Shown here: one piece after another, positions 51,331 to 64,000 of the stretch
How positions within the stretch are numbered: position 1 is the stretch's first letter
Layout: each line of letters opens with the position of its first letter
The notes under the pieces: generated by a model
What the model was told of the DNA's origin: nothing
The model's input: the letters and a program-made list of their open reading frames with translations, nothing else
Databases searched by the model: none
Position numbers and translations under genes: made by a program
NCBI RefSeq assembly: GCF_001194135.2
Contig: NC_068982.1
Location: 131,363,951-131,427,950, forward strand
Direction of reading: 5' to 3'
From: Octopus bimaculoides
Lineage: Eukaryota
Length of the DNA: 64,000 nucleotides

Positions 51331-52450
51331 TATTCTTTATTTTTCACCTAACTTGGAACCTTCCATACATTTGGATTTAGAGTCTATAGTTGATGGTGGA
51401 ATATGTGCAGTGAATGTACTCCTGTATGACTTTGATGACACATTATGTATTCAGTCAATCATTATAAATATTAATTCTTTAATATGTACCAAGTAGTTTT
51501 TACTGTGTTTGTAGTATTTCTTAGTTCAATTTACTTAAAAGTGTAATATGTATACACACACGCACCCATGTATCATCATCATCACCATCATCATTGTTTG
51601 AACATTCATTTTTTTCTGTGCTTGTATGGAGCAGATGGAGTTTGTTAAGGGAGATTTTCATTTGCTGGATGCACTTCCTGTTGCCAACCCTCACCTGTTT
51701 CTTCTACGCAAGGTAAAATTTTGCCATAACCAGACATGTATTTTGCAGAATTTTAGGACAGTGACTCTCATTTATGACTATCACATGTCAAGTCAAGGAG
51801 ACACAAACATAAAAACACATATTTATACACACACACACACGCGTATGTGTGTGTGTGTGTGTGTGTCTGTGCACATGTGTGTAAGCACAAGCATGACTAC
51901 ATGTGCAGACTATACAGTTTCTATATTGTATATTCCTAGTAAACAATGAGTGTATGAGGGACGAATTGGGATTGTAGATTCTTTTATTCTTTTACTTGTT
52001 TCAGTCGTTTGATTGTGGCCATGCTGAAGCACCACCTTTAAAGGTCTTTTGGTCACAGAAATTGTGGCACCAGCATGGTTGCGTTTACATGGCACCAGCA
52101 GCCACCAGCCTGCAAGACGAGGATCTCTTGGCTGAAAGAGGTATGTAAAGGACATGCCTGTATGCATGGATGATCACGATTTTTACTTGGTTTGACATGT
52201 CTTCTCAAGCACAGTAAACTGCCAGAAGTATCAGTGTCTCGTCAGCTCCTCTGTGAAGTCCAACGTCTGAAGATCCTTTTTCACCACATATATTAAATCT
52301 ATGTGTGTGTCTTTGTGTCTCTGTGTGTCTCCCCCTCACTGCTTGACAACTGGCGTTGGTGTGTTTACGTTTCCATAACTTTGCAAGTAAGCAAAAGAGT
52401 GCAATAAAATAAGTACCAGGCTTTCAAAAAGAAAGTACTAGGGTTGATCC

Positions 52451-53385
52451 ATCATCATCATCATCATCATCATTTAACGTCCGTTGTCCATGCTAGCATA
52501 GGTTGGACGATTTGACTGAGGACTAGCGAACCAGATGGCTACACCAGGCTCCAATCTGATTTGGCAAAGTTTCTACAGCTGGATGCCCTTCCTAACGCCA
52601 ACCATTCTGAGAGTGTAGTGGGTGCTTTTACGTATCACCGGCACGAAGGCCAGTCAGGCGGTACTAGCAATGGCCACGCTCAAAATGGTGTATTTTACTT
52701 GCCACCTGCACAGGAGCCAGTCCAGCGGCACTGGCAACGATCTCACTCAAATGTCTTTACACGTGCCTCCATTTGACTAAAATGTGGTTCCTCAGCATGG
52801 TTACAATCAAATGACTAAAACAAGTAAAAGATAAAAGATATATAGATAAATAAATAAATCCTCAAAACTACTGATTTAAAGAAAGAAGCCAAGTGAAATT
52901 GTAGTTGTGGCCAATGCTGGTGTCATGCCATTGGCACCCATGCTGGTGACATGTAAAAAGCACCTTTTGGGTGTTGGGCCTCATGGCGGCAATGTGGCTG
53001 ATACTGGTGTCACATAGCTAGTACCTATACCGGTGGCATTTAAAAAGCACTTTTCGAGTGTCGGGCCTCATGGAGGAAATGACAAATGACCAAGACCTTT
53101 GGCAATGTGCCATGCTTAAGAAGAAGACCCATCAAGCCAAGTGAAATCATAGTCATGACAGATGCTAGTGTCATGCAACTGGCACTCGTGCCAGTGGCAT
53201 GTAAAAGCACTCATTACACTTTCGGAGGGCCTCCAACTGTAGAAACCATACCAAATCAGACTGGAGTCTGGTGTAGCCCCTAAGCTTACTGACCCTTGTC
53301 AAACGTCAAACCCATGTTAGCATGACAATGGACGTTAAATGATGATGATGATGATGATGACGACGACAACGACGATGATGATGAT
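52451..53385. mobile_element. Two RTE-type retroposon ends: - strand copy at about 52451-52768 and a longer modular + strand copy at about 52868-53385
   Basis: Both carry the family 3' end and a (GAT)n/(CAT)n tail. The - copy interrupts a SINE body (about 52300-52850). Confidence 0.8.
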
Positions 53386-53450
53386 GAAATATAATAGTGA
53401 ACTGATATTTTGGTTCCTTTAAATTTGCTCTTCTTTTTAAAAAAACTTAC

Positions 53451-53556
53451 CTTTGGTCCTAATAATAAAATTAGTGTCACTGTAACAGTTAACTGGCAGC
53501 GCATAAAATACATTAGGAACAAATAATCTGGGTCTAATGACAACCATAGTCCATGT
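53451..53556 (-). CDS. GPR158: GPR158-family GPCR exon encoding ECL3-TM7
   Basis: TTTTTTGCAG acceptor and GTAAGT donor. The 106 nt exon encodes HGLWLSLDPDYLFLMYFMRCQLTVTVTLILLLGPK, containing the family motif LTVTVT..LLL.PK. Phases fit both neighbours. Confidence 0.92.
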
Positions 53557-53982
53557 CTGCAAAAAATAAAAACAAATAACAAGAATTAATAGAGTAAAAA
53601 TGGTGTAACTCTGTGTCATTTCCAACAACAGTGATTGTAGTGTTATTGTATGTTCTGATATCATGGCTCAAGAAAAATTATTGTGGCTTTTTAGGACACT
53701 ATGGTTGGGAGTAAGGTTACAAATATGCTTAGTTTTCATAAAATATAGATATTTGTGTAAGTATGGTTGTGTGATTATATATATATATAGAAAAAATGCT
53801 TTGTAGTCAAAGTCATGGATGTGTGGTAAGAAGCTTGCTTCCCAAACACATGGTTCTAGGTTCAGTCACACTTTGTGTGGCACTTTGGGCCAGTGTCTTC
53901 TACTATAGTGCTGGGCTGACTAAAGCCTTGGGACTGGATTTGGCAGGCAGAAACTGAAAGCAGCAGCCCATCATATATATAT

Positions 53983-54775
53983 CATCATCATCATCGTCGT
54001 CGTTTAACGTCCGCTTTCCATGCTAGCATGGGTTGGACGATTTGACTGAGGACTGGTGAAACCAGATGGCTACATCAGGCTCCAATCTGATTTGGCAGAG
54101 TTTCTACAGCTGGATGCCCTTCCTAATGCCAACCACTCAGAGAGTGTAGTGGGTGCTTTTTACGTGCCACCAGCATGAAGGCCAGTCAGGCGGTACTGGC
54201 AATGGCCACGCTCAAAATGGTGTATTTTATGTGCCACCCACACAAGAGCCNNNNNNNNNNNNNNNNNNNNNNNNNNNNNNNNNNNNNNNNNNNNNNNNNN
54301 NNNNNNNNNNNNNNNNNNNNNNNNNNNNNNNNNNNNNNNNNNNNNNNNNNNNNNNNNNNNNNNNNNNNNNNNNNNNNNNNNNNNNNNNNNNNNNNNNNNN
54401 NNNNNNNNNNNNNNNNNNNNNNNNNNNNNNNNNNNNNNNNNNNNNNNNNNNNNNNNNNNNNNNNNNNNNNNNNNNNNNNNNNNNNNNNNNNNNNNNNNNN
54501 NNNNNNNNNNNNNNNNNNNNNNNNNNNNNNNNNNNNNNNNNNNNNNNNNNNNNNNNNNNNNNNNNNNNNNNNNNNNNNNNNNNNNNNNNNNNNNNNNNNN
54601 ATTCTCGGAGTGGTTGGCGTTAGGAAGGGCATCCAGCTGTAGAAACTCTGCCAGATCAGATTGGAGCCTGCTGCAGCCATCCGGTTCACCAGTCCTCAGT
54701 CAAATCAACCAACCCATACTAGCATGGAAAGTGGATGCTAAACGATGATGATGATGATGATGATGACGATGATGA
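53983..54775. mobile_element. Head-to-head pair of RTE-type retroposon ends separated by an assembly gap (- copy 53983-54250, + copy 54601-54775)
   Basis: Family sequence lies in opposite orientations on the two sides of the N-run at 54251-54600. Confidence 0.8.
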
Positions 54776-54781
54776 TAATAT

Positions 54782-54827
<46 letters not shown>

Positions 54828-54983
54828 AGAGGAGAGACATATAATATCCAGGCAGATACCAAATTTCTCTGAGTAAAATGCCAGAGCTGGTTCCGTCAGA
54901 TGTGCATTTTTTGGTAAACTTCCTTTAGCTCCCATCTGATGTTACAGTTTATTTTGTGACTATTTAGAGTGTAAAGTACAATA

Positions 54984-55413
54984 TTGATAATAAGGAGAAT
55001 GAAGAATTTGAACATTCAAACTTTATGTTTATTTACAGTTGGTTTATTCATAATAATTGTCTTACACGTGTTTCGACTGCATTAACTGTATATTGTTGCA
55101 TATTTATATGTAGCGATTTATGCATTATTAGTACAATCTCTTCAGTGTATATAAGTATGACATTGTCCCGAAGAGGAATTATCCTCTGCTAAGCCTAATT
55201 CAAACTAGTAGTGGAGAAAAATACCTCTGTGAGCAATATCATACTTATACACCCTAAAGAGATCATACTAATAATGCATAAATTGCTGCATATAGATATG
55301 CAATAGTATGCAGTTAGTGCAATTGAAACACGTGTTGGACAATTATTATGAATGAACTAACTGGAAATAAACAAAGTTTGAATGTTCATATTCGTCATTC
55401 TCCTTATTATCAA
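54984..55413. other. 430 bp fold-back element (about 190 bp arms) with a decayed hammerhead-like motif in each arm, probably Penelope-derived
   Basis: The arms align end to end as reverse complements. Each has CT(G/A)AAGAG - long hairpin - (C/T)GAAACACGTGT. Confidence 0.6.
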
Positions 55414-55420
55414 CACACAA

Positions 55421-55453
<33 letters not shown>

Positions 55454-57059
55454 CACACACACACATGCAAAAGAGATAACAAAAGTATCAGGCTTTAAAA
55501 AAATAAGTCCTGCAGTCGATTCATTCAGCTAAAAGTTCTTCAAGGCAGTGTCTCAGCATAGCTGCAGTGTAATGACTGTAACAAGTAAATGATAAAATAT
55601 AAATGAAATAGCTTTTGGTTTCACTCTATATCATGGCACCTTGGACAAGGATTATCTACTGTAGGTTTGGTTGACCAATGAATTGTGGGTGGAATTTTGT
55701 TGACAGAAACTATACAGAAGCCTGCAAAACATACACGCACACACACACACACACACAGAGATATGTACATAATCACAAGCATGTGCACACATATACATAT
55801 ATGTATATACATATTATGTATGTCAGCATGTGTGTGTGTGTGTGTGCGTATGTGTATGTTTATGTCTACATAGCTTTCATAGCAGCTGTGACATTTATGT
55901 TTCAAGTAGACAATATGTACTGCAACTTGGCAGTTTGGTGTGCAAAATCCAGTGGAATAAAATACTTTATCTGAGGAGGAGGAAACACTGCTATCAGAAG
56001 GGGCATCTGTTCCTAAAATAAATACTTCCTTAAGAATTCTCATCCACTCCATGCTAACATGGAAAAAGCAGATGTAAAAGCAATGAGGATGATGAAAAGA
56101 ATTTTTGTATAATGTCAGAAACCATTCAGTCTTCTGCACTTATTAAATTTCCTGCTGGAATTCAAATGATATACAATAATAATTAAATTTTCAAATATTT
56201 TTGGATTCCTTGCACACTATGCTCTAAGAAGCTCCAAACATCATTCTTTTCACACATGCATCAGGTCTCTAGAGCAGAACAGTCTGACATTAAAAGAAAC
56301 AAACAAAAAAGGAAAAAAAAAGTTATTTAAAAAAATACTAAATTCACTACTTCAGATATATATTTCAGATAAATCTTGAATTAAAGTTACAGGGAAACAG
56401 ATTTCATTAATATATTGAAACAACTTTCAAAAATAGACATGACCGTCACACCAGGCACAAAGACATATGCAGGAGTGTGGCACTATCAATGTGGAACTAT
56501 ACTCCATGATGACTTAACCATTTTCTTATATTACTTTACCTTTGTTTCTATAATTACTATTTTTCAAAAATTGTTGGATTATTTTACTTTTTACTTTTAT
56601 CTAACATTTGTAATAGCAATTATTTTTGTGTTGAAGAGATACCACGGAAGATTGCATGTAGGAGTAGCACTCCATTGTGGACCTCTATAAATAGTGACAG
56701 GATGGAGAAAATAGCAAATAATTCTAATGGATATAGCTATGAGAAGGATGGGTATTGTCAACCAACTTTGTTATATACATTATATACAATATATCATTGG
56801 TTCTCAGCCATTTTTTTTATTTAAGGACCTTTTTACAAGGCCGGCTATTTCAGGTGAGTCTGGGCAAGTCGATTACATTGACTCCAAGACTCAACTAGTA
56901 CTTATTTTATTGACACTGAAAGGCAAAATTGACCTTGGCAGAATTTGAACTCTGAACATAAAGATGGACAAAATGCTACAAAGCATTTTGCCTGGCATAC
57001 TAACAATTCTGCCAGGTTGCTATCTTGAGCTACTCAAATGTTGATATTCAGTCACTAAT

Positions 57060-57560
57060 GGATTAGCTCCAGCTTCTGGCCACAATCACAGTGTCTCCTC
57101 TCTCTAGCTCTGCTATTGTTTCTATAACAGTCTCCATTCCTCAGAGTAGGCTAGTCTTGTACCTCCACCATACAGGCATCTCTGACTCACTTGTCTTTCC
57201 ACTTCTCGTCCCTCATACTGTATCCAAACCTTTTGACCCTGCACTGACCACTATTCCCAGTCTTTCTCCCCAGAATATTGGCCATTTGGAGTCTTCTCCC
57301 TGCTCATGCCTTCTTTCCAGCTGGTGTTGAGCTGCAGTAGTTTAAATGGTGCATCAATGGCATCAAGCTCACTGGCATTGGAGGGCTTGTAAAGATCATG
57401 AGCAATGTCCTTTCAACTAGACCTCAGCTTGTCTACCCTGTAGTCTCTGCTTATAAGATCAGACTTGGTCATTTGGAGGTTAAATATCTTGAACCTGGAC
57501 ACAAGTCTGTATTGATGGTATGATACAATCTAATGATGCTTCATATGGTTATATATCATA
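57060..57560 (-). pseudogene. Heavily decayed LINE ORF C-terminal region, possibly RTE clade
   Basis: Purine-rich - strand with weak similarity to the RTE C-terminal R..KD...DL segment. It has many stops. Confidence 0.35.
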
Positions 57561-59442
57561 TAGTGACTTTGTCATCTTCACTTTCATTTGTCTTTTAAAA
57601 GATTTGTTAAATATATTATGAATAAATGTCATAGGAATCTGAATAAGGCACCGTACATCTATTAACCTAATGTGCATTTGAATGGTTGATTTATTCATTT
57701 GAACATTTTAAGAAATTAAATCAACTCCTGTCTCTCTGTGTCTCTCTTTTTCACTTTCTTTCTCTTCTCTCTGTTTCTCATGTGGTCACACATTAGCAAA
57801 AGCAACACAAATATGTCAGTAAAATCTCCCCTTTGATAGAATTCTAATATATTTCATATAAAATTCCCAGAAGAGCTGTTACTCTGATCAGGTTGATATA
57901 CTAGTGAATTTATCCTCTCTAACCACACCCAGATGTTGTCAACAATTTGTAAACAGCATACTGGCAGAATTTGATGTTAAAGAATCCTAACCATGAAGTT
58001 AATCAGGAAATTACTTTCCTGAGCAATGTTGGTCTCAAACAAACCTAGGCTTTATCAATATACTGAAAATATTACAGAAAACTTTTCATGCCAAAATTGT
58101 ATAATATTAATGCCTTTAAGAACTACAGCCCTTCTGCTCTTTGAGAATTCTGATGGGAACTCTATACCTCTATATACATATGGTAACCTCTTAAGTGTCT
58201 GTCATCAAATTCTAACTTGCAGGAAGGATCAAATATTCACACTGGAATGCAAACTGTCAGAGCTCCAAATCATTCTAGACAAGAACAGCCTGACATTCAA
58301 AGAACTATAATTATTCAATTTCTTTGGAAAAATTTACCAAAATTTCCTGTGAGACTTAAAAAAAAAATGCTAATTATACTGCTTTAGATAAATATTTAAA
58401 TAAATCTTAGATTATAGCTACACTGTAACAAATTTCATGAATGTACTGAAATTACAACTTTCTGAAATAGACATGACCATCACAAATTTCAAGACGTAGA
58501 GCAGGAGTGTAGCACTATTGATGGAGAACTGTACTCTATAAATACACTATTTTTCATCATCATCATCATCATTATCATCGTCGTTTAACGTCCGCTTTCC
58601 ATGCTAGCATGGGTTGGACGATTTGACTGAGGACTGGCAAGCCAGAAGGCTGCAGCAGGCTCCAAGCTGATCTGGCAGAGTTTCTACAGCTGGATGCCCT
58701 TCCTAACACCAACCACTCCAAGAGTGTAGTGGGTGCTTTTACGTGCCACCAGCACAAGGGCCAGTCATATGGTACTGGCAGTTTCAATTAATTTTTTAAA
58801 TGATGAAGTGTTTAATAAAATAGCTTTGTCATTATTAAATTGATCTGCTGGAACAAATTAAGAAATTTCGATTGGAAATTTTTATTTAAACTACTTTAAA
58901 ACAGTTTGTATCATAGAACCAAGGGTGGCCACAATTGGGTTGTTAAAAAAAAACTGAAAAAACTGAAACTAAGATCAAAACAAGCTACAACCCCATTCCT
59001 CACAGCTCAGTGAACAGTGATTTGAAGTAAAACTAACTGAAATGGTTATAGGAAATATAAATTTATTGACAGTAAATTTAATACTTTTACCACTCTACTG
59101 TTAGTGTATTTCTAAACCTTTTTATCTAGGTACAAATATCTTGTATTTCATTAAAAGGGAGAAATGAGGAAATGTAACATAAAAGCCTTTTCCAAGGATG
59201 TTAGTAAAATAATAGAGCAGATATAATGGTTTGAAACAAGAACTGAAACAGTGTCAAGAGTTTAAATGTCTTGGCTTTCAAGGACTTACTTTGCTTTATG
59301 ATGTTGGTTTGTATCATAGAACCAAGGGTGACTCATTTTAATGGAAGTAAAACAGGCTAATTTTTCCACATAAAAACATCCAAATTTTAATTAATTCTCT
59401 TTTAATAAATCGTCACAATTTCTATTAGGTAAACTCACTCAC

Positions 59443-59581
59443 CTTGCAAAATAGAGGACTGTAGAGATGAGGGTTTCATTGCAGATCGCTATTGTAATGT
59501 AACGACCCTCTCCGTAATCTGATGGAGCTGAACGAACACAGTAGCATAAGTAAATCCCAAAAATTAGGAATAAAACTTCAA
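59443..59581 (-). CDS. GPR158: Class C GPCR, GPR158/GPR179 family, exon encoding TM5-ICL3-TM6; upstream exons not found in the window
   Basis: Polypyrimidine tract with TTTTTTCAG acceptor and GTGAGT donor. The 139 nt exon encodes EVLFLIFGIYLCYCVRSAPSDYGEGRYITIAICNETLISTVLYFA(R), aligning with recalled GPR158 EFLFLLWGVYLCYAVRTVPSAFHEPRYMAVAVHNELIISAIFHTIR. Orthology to GPR158 versus GPR179 cannot be resolved here. Confidence 0.9.
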
Positions 59582-60392
59582 CTGAAAAAACAAAGAAAAT
59601 TGGAAATTAAAAAAACCCATTAGTTATTTAATTTAACAGGATGTTACAGAAAAATCACAAGAATGTTTGTAATAAATAGCAAACATTTCTGCTAATGAGT
59701 TTAATTATATGTGGTAATGGATTTAATCAATTAATCTTTTTTTTTTTTTTGCTTAGCTTTTGTTTTGTATCATATTCACATGTTAATATGGTTAGGTAGC
59801 TTTTGTTGACACATTTAGTTTTGTAGTTGAATGCTTCTTTTGGCTGTCAACCACTCAGTTATTCATTACTAGTGGTAACTTTAGTGAAACAAATTGAAGT
59901 AAACACAGTTTTGTGGCTTTGTCTTATCTATCAGGGTGATACAATCATTTCTACTATAGGCAGAAGACCTGAAATTTTGGGTAGGGGGATAGTTGATTAC
60001 ATCAACCCCAGTTCTCAACTGGTACTTAATTTATGAACCCTGAAAGGATGAAAGACAAAGTCCACCATGGCAGAATTTGAACTCAGAATGTGAAGACTGA
60101 TAAAATACCAATAAGCATTTCGCCCAGCATGCTAGCAATTCTACCAGTTTTCCGCCTTATAACTAGATAATATAAGGCCAATAGATATGACCAATATTAA
60201 TAACTGTCTAACAATGTTGAATTATGACTAGAGAATTATGGTATTACAAGTAGATTTAGTCTTATTGCATAGCACTTTGGGTAAATGTCTTCTGCTATAG
60301 CCCTGGGTTGGTCAAAGCCTTATCAATGATATTAGTTGAAGAAAACTGAAAGACATCTGTCATGTATGTATGTATGTATGTATGTATGTATG

Positions 60393-60449
<57 letters not shown>

Positions 60450-60472
60450 CATACATCACACACACACGTGTG

Positions 60473-60512
<40 letters not shown>

Positions 60513-63500
60513 TGTTCATGTGTAGCTTTGCCTTGACATTATGCGATGATTGTAAATGAGCATCGTCATGCAAGCGAGGTTGTTCATTTCCAGTCTTCCA
60601 GCAAAAACATGTCTAGCCATGGGAAAATATTACCTTGCTTGGAAACAGGTGAGGGCTGGTAGCAGGAAGGGAATCTGTCCATTAAAAATCTGCTTCAACA
60701 AATTCCCTCTGACCTATATAAGCTTGGAAAAGTGGATGATGGAAGTGATGATGAGGATGATGATAGACAGGGTACGAAGAACAGCTCACATGATGCTTTA
60801 ACCCATTAATTTTTAAAATACTCTGTCAAATGTAATGTTTATCTATTTACATTATTTTGAGTTAACCATGCATTATCTTATAGCTTTGAGATTTTGATGA
60901 AGTGGTTGTCTATTTTTATGGCAACATTGTAGGGTAGGTATGAGTGGCTGGATCTGGTCAGTTTGAACATAAAAAAAGTGGAATATTTGGGCCAGATATG
61001 GATAGCTTAAATGCTAAAGGATTAATTTTTTTGTATGGTTTCTGAGACTGATTAGAGAAAGCGAGTTAAGTAACCTAAAACTAGAGACCTGCTCTGAATG
61101 CAAGCAACTAGGTTGGACTGGATTGGATTACCCATGTTCAGTCCACTGTAGAATGTAGGCATCAGCATGTTGTCTCCACAAACCATAGCTACACTCAAAC
61201 ACTCATGAGGGCCATAAATTTGAGCTTGAGATTATATAGGTTTGACGAGCCTACTCTGTCATACTGACTCGACATGGCTTGGTAGAAAGGTGCAGTTTTT
61301 ATACTCATTCCCTATTAGTAGTTAAGTCAATTACATTGACCCCAGTGCTCAACTGTTACTTATTTTATCAACCCCAAAAGGATGAAATGCAAAGTTGATG
61401 TCAGTGGAATTTGAACTAGGAAGATAAGGACACAAAATACTGCTAAGCATTTTGCATGGCATACTAACAATTCTACCAGTTCCTAACTGGATTAACTCAG
61501 CTAAATTCAGTCATGAAATGGGTTAAACCAGGTGTTAAACCAGGTAATGAATTAAATCTACTACCTTAAAACTTAAAATCATCATCATCGTCGTTTAATG
61601 TCTGCTTTCCATGCTGGCATGGGTTGGACAGTTTGACTGGGGACTGGTGAGCCAGAGGCTGCACCAGGTTCAATCTGATCTGGCAAAGTTTCTCGAATGT
61701 TGTTTTTCACGTTTTTCACCGGCACATGTGCCGGTAAGGCGACACTGGCAACGATCACACTTGAATGGTGCTTTTCACATGCCACTGGTATGGGAGCCAA
61801 TCCGTAGCCCTGGCAACGATCATGCTCAGATGTGCTTTTAATGTTCCGCTGACACGAGTGCCAGTCAGGCTGATGGAATCATTAGTATGGTTAGTGACAT
61901 TTCATCCATCATAATGTCCAAATTCCATTAAGGTTGACTTTCCTTTACGTCCTTTTAGGGTTGATAAAATAAGTACCAATTAAGCACTGGGGTTGAGGCA
62001 ACTGATTTACCCACTTCCCCAAAATTGCTGGCCTTGGGATAAAATTTGAAATCAATATTTGAGGACAATTCAGTTGCGGTGTATAAATACAGAAAAACTG
62101 TATTAATTTCTTCAAAGCATGTAGTTTTAGATCTATGGATCACTAGGTTACAGGTCCAGCATGCATCTACACTACTAATCTGCTCAGCAAGTGATTTAGC
62201 AAATATTGTTGACTGTTTTAGGTTACATTACTTATATTACATCATCCATCACATTATTTATTCATGTTTATGCATTGGGCTGCATCATAAGTACAAAATA
62301 TAGAATCTACACAATGCTTGCTGCAGCACTGAGATGTTCATTTATTAATTAAAGGTAACATTTCACTCTACCATTACTCTGAGTGTCACATTTGTATAAC
62401 CATTTGCATAGATCCATATGTTGCAAATTTGTGTCTCTTCATTTGCCATTTTCAGATCAGTCAGGAGCAAATTGATTCTATAAATGTTTCCCCAGCGAAG
62501 CATAGTAAATGAGTTTGCCAGTCATGTATACTATATGTACATGTATATACTTGTAACTCATGCACAAATTATGAGCAGTTTGAATTGATTACTGAAATAT
62601 TTGATGAGCAGTTTGAAATGGAACCAACTTTTCATATCAGACCTTGGTCTATTACCTTTTGAAATAAGCCCTCATTTCATGTCTGGTTTGGGCGTTTTGC
62701 CAGTTTTATAAGGGATTGTTTATAACTAACATTGTGTTTACAAGACAATAATGAAGCCCCTATGAAATCATTCAATTTACTAGAAATAACAACCAAATAG
62801 TCCTTAAATTACATGTTATTAGCTTAAGAAAAGGTAGGGCATTAAATAATGTAGTCCTAGGTACCTTTAAAAAGATGGGATGTCTGGATCAGGGAACACT
62901 TTGATTATTGATCTTCTTGATCAGAGCTGGTTTGGAGCTAAACAACTACAATGATGACAACAACGACAATGACAACGATGATGATGACAATAACAGCAGC
63001 AACAATGATAACAAGAACACTGAGACAATAAATTATCTTCCAATTTTTACTGTTTCTGATTTAGTACCTAACTGCTTTGAATTCAGATATTGCCATTGTC
63101 ATCTTTGCTTTTCAATCCTCACAAGTTTGATAAATTAGCACCAGTGATATACAATGTTGTTGATTATCTTCCCTGCTTTTCTTCACCAAGGAAGTTAGGG
63201 AATTATATCAACTCCAGTACTTGACTGGTGCTTCAGGAAGGATGAAAGGCAAAGATGACCTGAGTGGTATTTGAATTCAGAATTTAAAGAGCTGAATCCA
63301 ATACTGCTAGGTATATTCTCTAGCACTCTAATGGTTCTGCCAGTCCACAAACCCTGAATATTGCATAATAATAAATCTTGTGACACCCTATATACTGTAT
63401 ATGACACTCCAGGATATCATAATTCCTGAGGGCAGGGGTGTCAAGCATATGGTCTGCAGTTCATATGCAGCAGTGTTTAGTCTGGTCCTTTGCTCAATTT

Positions 63501-64000
63501 TATTAAAAAAAAAATTATTATTGGTTTTAATTTTAAAATATTCAATAAGATATATATTATTAGCATGCACTTAGAGTTGGAGGTCAACTAAAGGTGTGTT
63601 TAACGTTGGTTCCAGTTAGTAAAATCAATATAGCTAGGAGAAACTTTTGTTATTTTAACCAGTGAAAAAGAAGTACATGATTCCACATACTAACAGAAAT
63701 GATCTATTTCCCCTTCACTTTGTATATACACATTAAGCTGAATGGCTTTTTTTAAAACTTCAGCTCATGTTTGAAATTGAAAGATTTTACAGCTGAAACA
63801 GGGCAAGCTTTCTGTAAAGCACTGGTCTTCTTAAGGACTGCATACATTTATTTGAACAATTTCTATCTCCACTGTCATTCTAAAGACTCTTATTTAATAG
63901 GGCTATATGAAATAAGTACCAGTGAAATCGACTAGTCCTCACCCCACAAATTTCAGGCCTTGTACCTATAGTAGAAAGGAGTATTATTAATATTATTACA

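Noticed and set aside
58026-58310. 94 aa + strand ORF with a CxxC
   Set aside because: No recognisable domain or splice context. It may be a decayed LINE ORF1, but I cannot support that.
59582-64000. Search for the next upstream GPCR exon (TM4-ECL2)
   Set aside because: No convincing phase 1 exon was found, so it is probably beyond the window end.

Overview
This is AT-rich, microsatellite- and retroposon-dense eukaryotic genomic DNA with eight N-gaps. The repeat content looks like a coleoid cephalopod, probably Octopus (inference; no database search was possible). Two spliced genes face each other, and both are incomplete at their 5' ends. (1) On the + strand, the last three coding exons of mitochondrial ribosomal protein L10 (MRPL10): 5967-6139, 7749-7885 and 10409-10605. 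(2) On the - strand, the last four coding exons of a class C GPCR of the GPR158/GPR179 family (TM5 to C-tail): 59443-59581, 53451-53556, 48677-48856 and 46264-46578. All these exons have GT-AG junctions and join in frame. Nearly all other ORFs in the track are artefacts of microsatellites, gaps or repeats. The rest is a varied transposon collection: several tRNA-type SINE families, RTE-type (GAT)n-tailed retroposon ends, and Penelope, R4/Dong, HERO-like, RTE and I/Jockey-type remnants. There are also two solo LTRs with target-site duplications, a deleted mariner, and Tigger-, Charlie- and piggyBac-type MITEs. The most unusual observations are two head-to-head fold-back elements with a decayed type I hammerhead-ribozyme motif in each arm (19058-19195 and 54984-55413), three different R4/Dong 3' ends stacked in (TAA)n tracts, several isolated near-perfect hairpins, and a short His-rich C-tail on the GPCR. 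Coordinates of decayed repeats are approximate (tens of bp).
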